Position numbers and translations under genes: made by a program. This document shows positions 61,961 to 64,000 of a stretch of 64,000 nt of DNA, one piece after another (position 1 is the stretch's first letter; every line of letters starts with the position of its first letter). Below the pieces are notes generated by a model, which saw only the letters and a program-made list of their open reading frames with translations, made no database searches and had not been told where the DNA came from. This DNA comes from Diadema antillarum (taxonomy: Eukaryota): NCBI RefSeq assembly GCF_040938485.1, contig NW_027271481.1:310001-374000 (forward strand), given 5' to 3'.

Positions 61961-62257
61961 AATCAAATTGCTAGAAATCACTGATCTTGGCGTGGTGTGG
62001 AGGATTTTTCTACCCCCCGCCCATAAACATTTCATTCTTTAAAAAGCGGGGTTGACCTTTACCCCCCCCCCCCCCCCCCCCCACAGTACCATAGCCTCTC
62101 CCCTCAAAAACAAAAATAAAGCCACACACACAAACAAATTGAAAAACGGTCCGTGGCCCCTGCACGAGTACTGCCCTCTTTGTTGCTTGCCGTGACGCAC
62201 TCACACCCCCTCCCGCGGCAGAACACAAAGAGTTCCCCTCCCCCACACACAATTAAC

Positions 62258-62289
<32 letters not shown>

Positions 62290-63019
62290 TCATAATCGAT
62301 CCGCACCCCCTGTGATATTTAAAGCCTTGCAGATCAGTTGAATTAAAGTTGCACAGGATTAATCATTATGATCAACATTACGTGCTTTCCTGAACATTCA
62401 GCCGACTTCAAACGTCAGTTGCAACATTATTGTTGAACCTGATCATAGCAGTCTTTGGTCTCCTATAGTAAACTTGTCTGACAATCCTATAGAGGTGTAG
62501 TTATCAATTAGTATCTGAGCCTAAAAGGCATGAGCAAATTCCACAGTAAAAAGTAAACGATTGCTATTCAGAAGAAACTACAAGTAAGGTAGGATATTGG
62601 TGCATTGAACTATCAAAAAGCATTAGATAAAAACGAAACATATCTGGATGGTTGTACTGACATTGTTGTCACATGGATATATATTGTACAACTGACTGAC
62701 CATTCCGTTTGCAATAGAAGCAACTCGACGCAAGAAAAGTTTGGTAATGATTCCATTCTATGCTGTATTTCTTTAGAATATCTTAGATATTATTCCAAAT
62801 TTCGTCTCTTTAACCGTATCCAGATCAAACGATTCTTAATGCGTGTGTAAAACCCTGTCTTACACCATCGTTTACGAAAAGTTAAAATAAAAACAAATAA
62901 ATGTGTGTAAATGGGGGGGGGGGTTATGGGTTTCACAAGGCAAGAGCCAAATTGTTTTTCACCTATTCCCATCTAAGAAATCAATATTTTTCTAATTACC
63001 GGAAGTTCATTGTAACGCC

Positions 63020-63960
63020 TATGGCCGTTCACCTTGTGGTGACCTTATACTCCCCAAGGGACATTTACAATCTACAGTAAGTTTGGTCACAAACAGACAG
63101 AGATCAAAAGTTATGAGCCATAGTCGAAACTCGCCATACAAATTTAACAATGGGCCCTAAAAAATCGTTGACCCCTGTCTGTGACATTTGATATTGTGGT
63201 GACCTTCAACTACCCAAGGGACATCTACTATTCAAGTTCGGTCACAAACAGATATAGGGATCAAACGTTATGAGCCATAATCGAAATGCGCCGTAAGAAC
63301 TTAACATTGGGCCCTAAAAGTTCGTTGACCCCTGTCTGTCACATTTGACCTTGTGGTGACCTTCAACTCCCCAAGGGATCTACCATCCAAGTCTGGTCAC
63401 AGACGGACATAGGGAACAAAGGTTATGAGCCATAATCGAAATGCGCCGTAAAAACTTAACATTGGGCCCTGAAAGTTCGTTGACCCATGTCTGTAACCTT
63501 TGACCTTGTGTTGACCTTCAAATCTTCAAGGGACATCTACCATCCAAGTTTGGTCACAAACATACATAGGGATCAAAAGTTATGAGCCATAATCGAAACG
63601 CGCAATAAAAACTTAACATTGGGCCCTTACAGTTTGCTGACCTCTGTCTGTGACCTTTGACCTTGTGGTATGGTGACTTTCAGCTCCTCAAGGAACATCT
63701 GCCCTTCAAGTTTGGTCACAGAAGGACATAGGGATCAAAAGTTATGAGCCATAATCGAAATGCGTCGTATAAACTTAACCGGTTCCATACGGGAACCTGG
63801 TGGCCTGTGTATTAAGTCTATCGGGATTTCACAATTCAGTATGGAATGGGTAAATATTGGGCCCTAAAGTTCATTGACCCCTGCCTGTGACCATTGACTT
63901 TGAGGTAACCTTCATGTTTGGTAAAATGTCTAATTTTGTATAACCACTCTTCCCTCCAAG
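63020..63960. repeat. ~157-bp tandem repeat array (about 5-6 copies), probably the core of a Helentron-type element or a satellite
   Basis: TTATGAGCCA recurs at 63111, 63268, 63423, 63580 and 63742. Confidence 0.85.
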
Positions 63961-64000
63961 TTTGATTGTAATTGAAATCCTCAGTAGAGAGGTATTGAAG

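Noticed and set aside
63020-63960. CRISPR-like array, also considered for 26130-26720 and 41901-42070
   Set aside because: Whole monomers repeat with no unique spacers, there are no cas genes, and the context is eukaryotic.

Overview
AT-rich animal genomic DNA with no prokaryotic features, rRNA or tRNA, and two N-gaps. The receptor family and repeat types suggest an echinoderm, possibly a holothuroid; this is inference. Nearly the whole window (1 to ~62900) is a head-to-tail tandem array of one gene-plus-spacer unit. Each unit carries a minus-strand class A (rhodopsin-like) orphan GPCR of about 395 aa with an uninterrupted CDS and a predicted signal peptide, resembling galanin/allatostatin-A receptor-like lineage expansions. 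Eight copies are visible. Five are intact (555-1748, 10287-11474, 29226-30416, 37680-38858, 59813-61000). One has a single nonsense codon (16666-17859), one has two frameshifts plus loss of R3.50 (47219-48409), and one is truncated and hit by two MITEs (52737-53978). A gene-less duplicated spacer near 21300 implies a ninth, deleted copy. Every copy keeps a predicted 5'UTR intron (GTAART donor, pyrimidine tract-AG acceptor) and a CpG-rich NRF-1/P3A2-like plus C/EBP-like module about 0.8-0.95 kb upstream of the ATG. Promoter types and TM2/TM3 pocket types occur in all four combinations, indicating shuffling between paralogs. The spacers record many non-autonomous TIR elements, Helentron-like elements and LINE 3' ends, several inserted independently at the same paralogous TTAA sites. 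The window ends in a ~157-bp tandem repeat.
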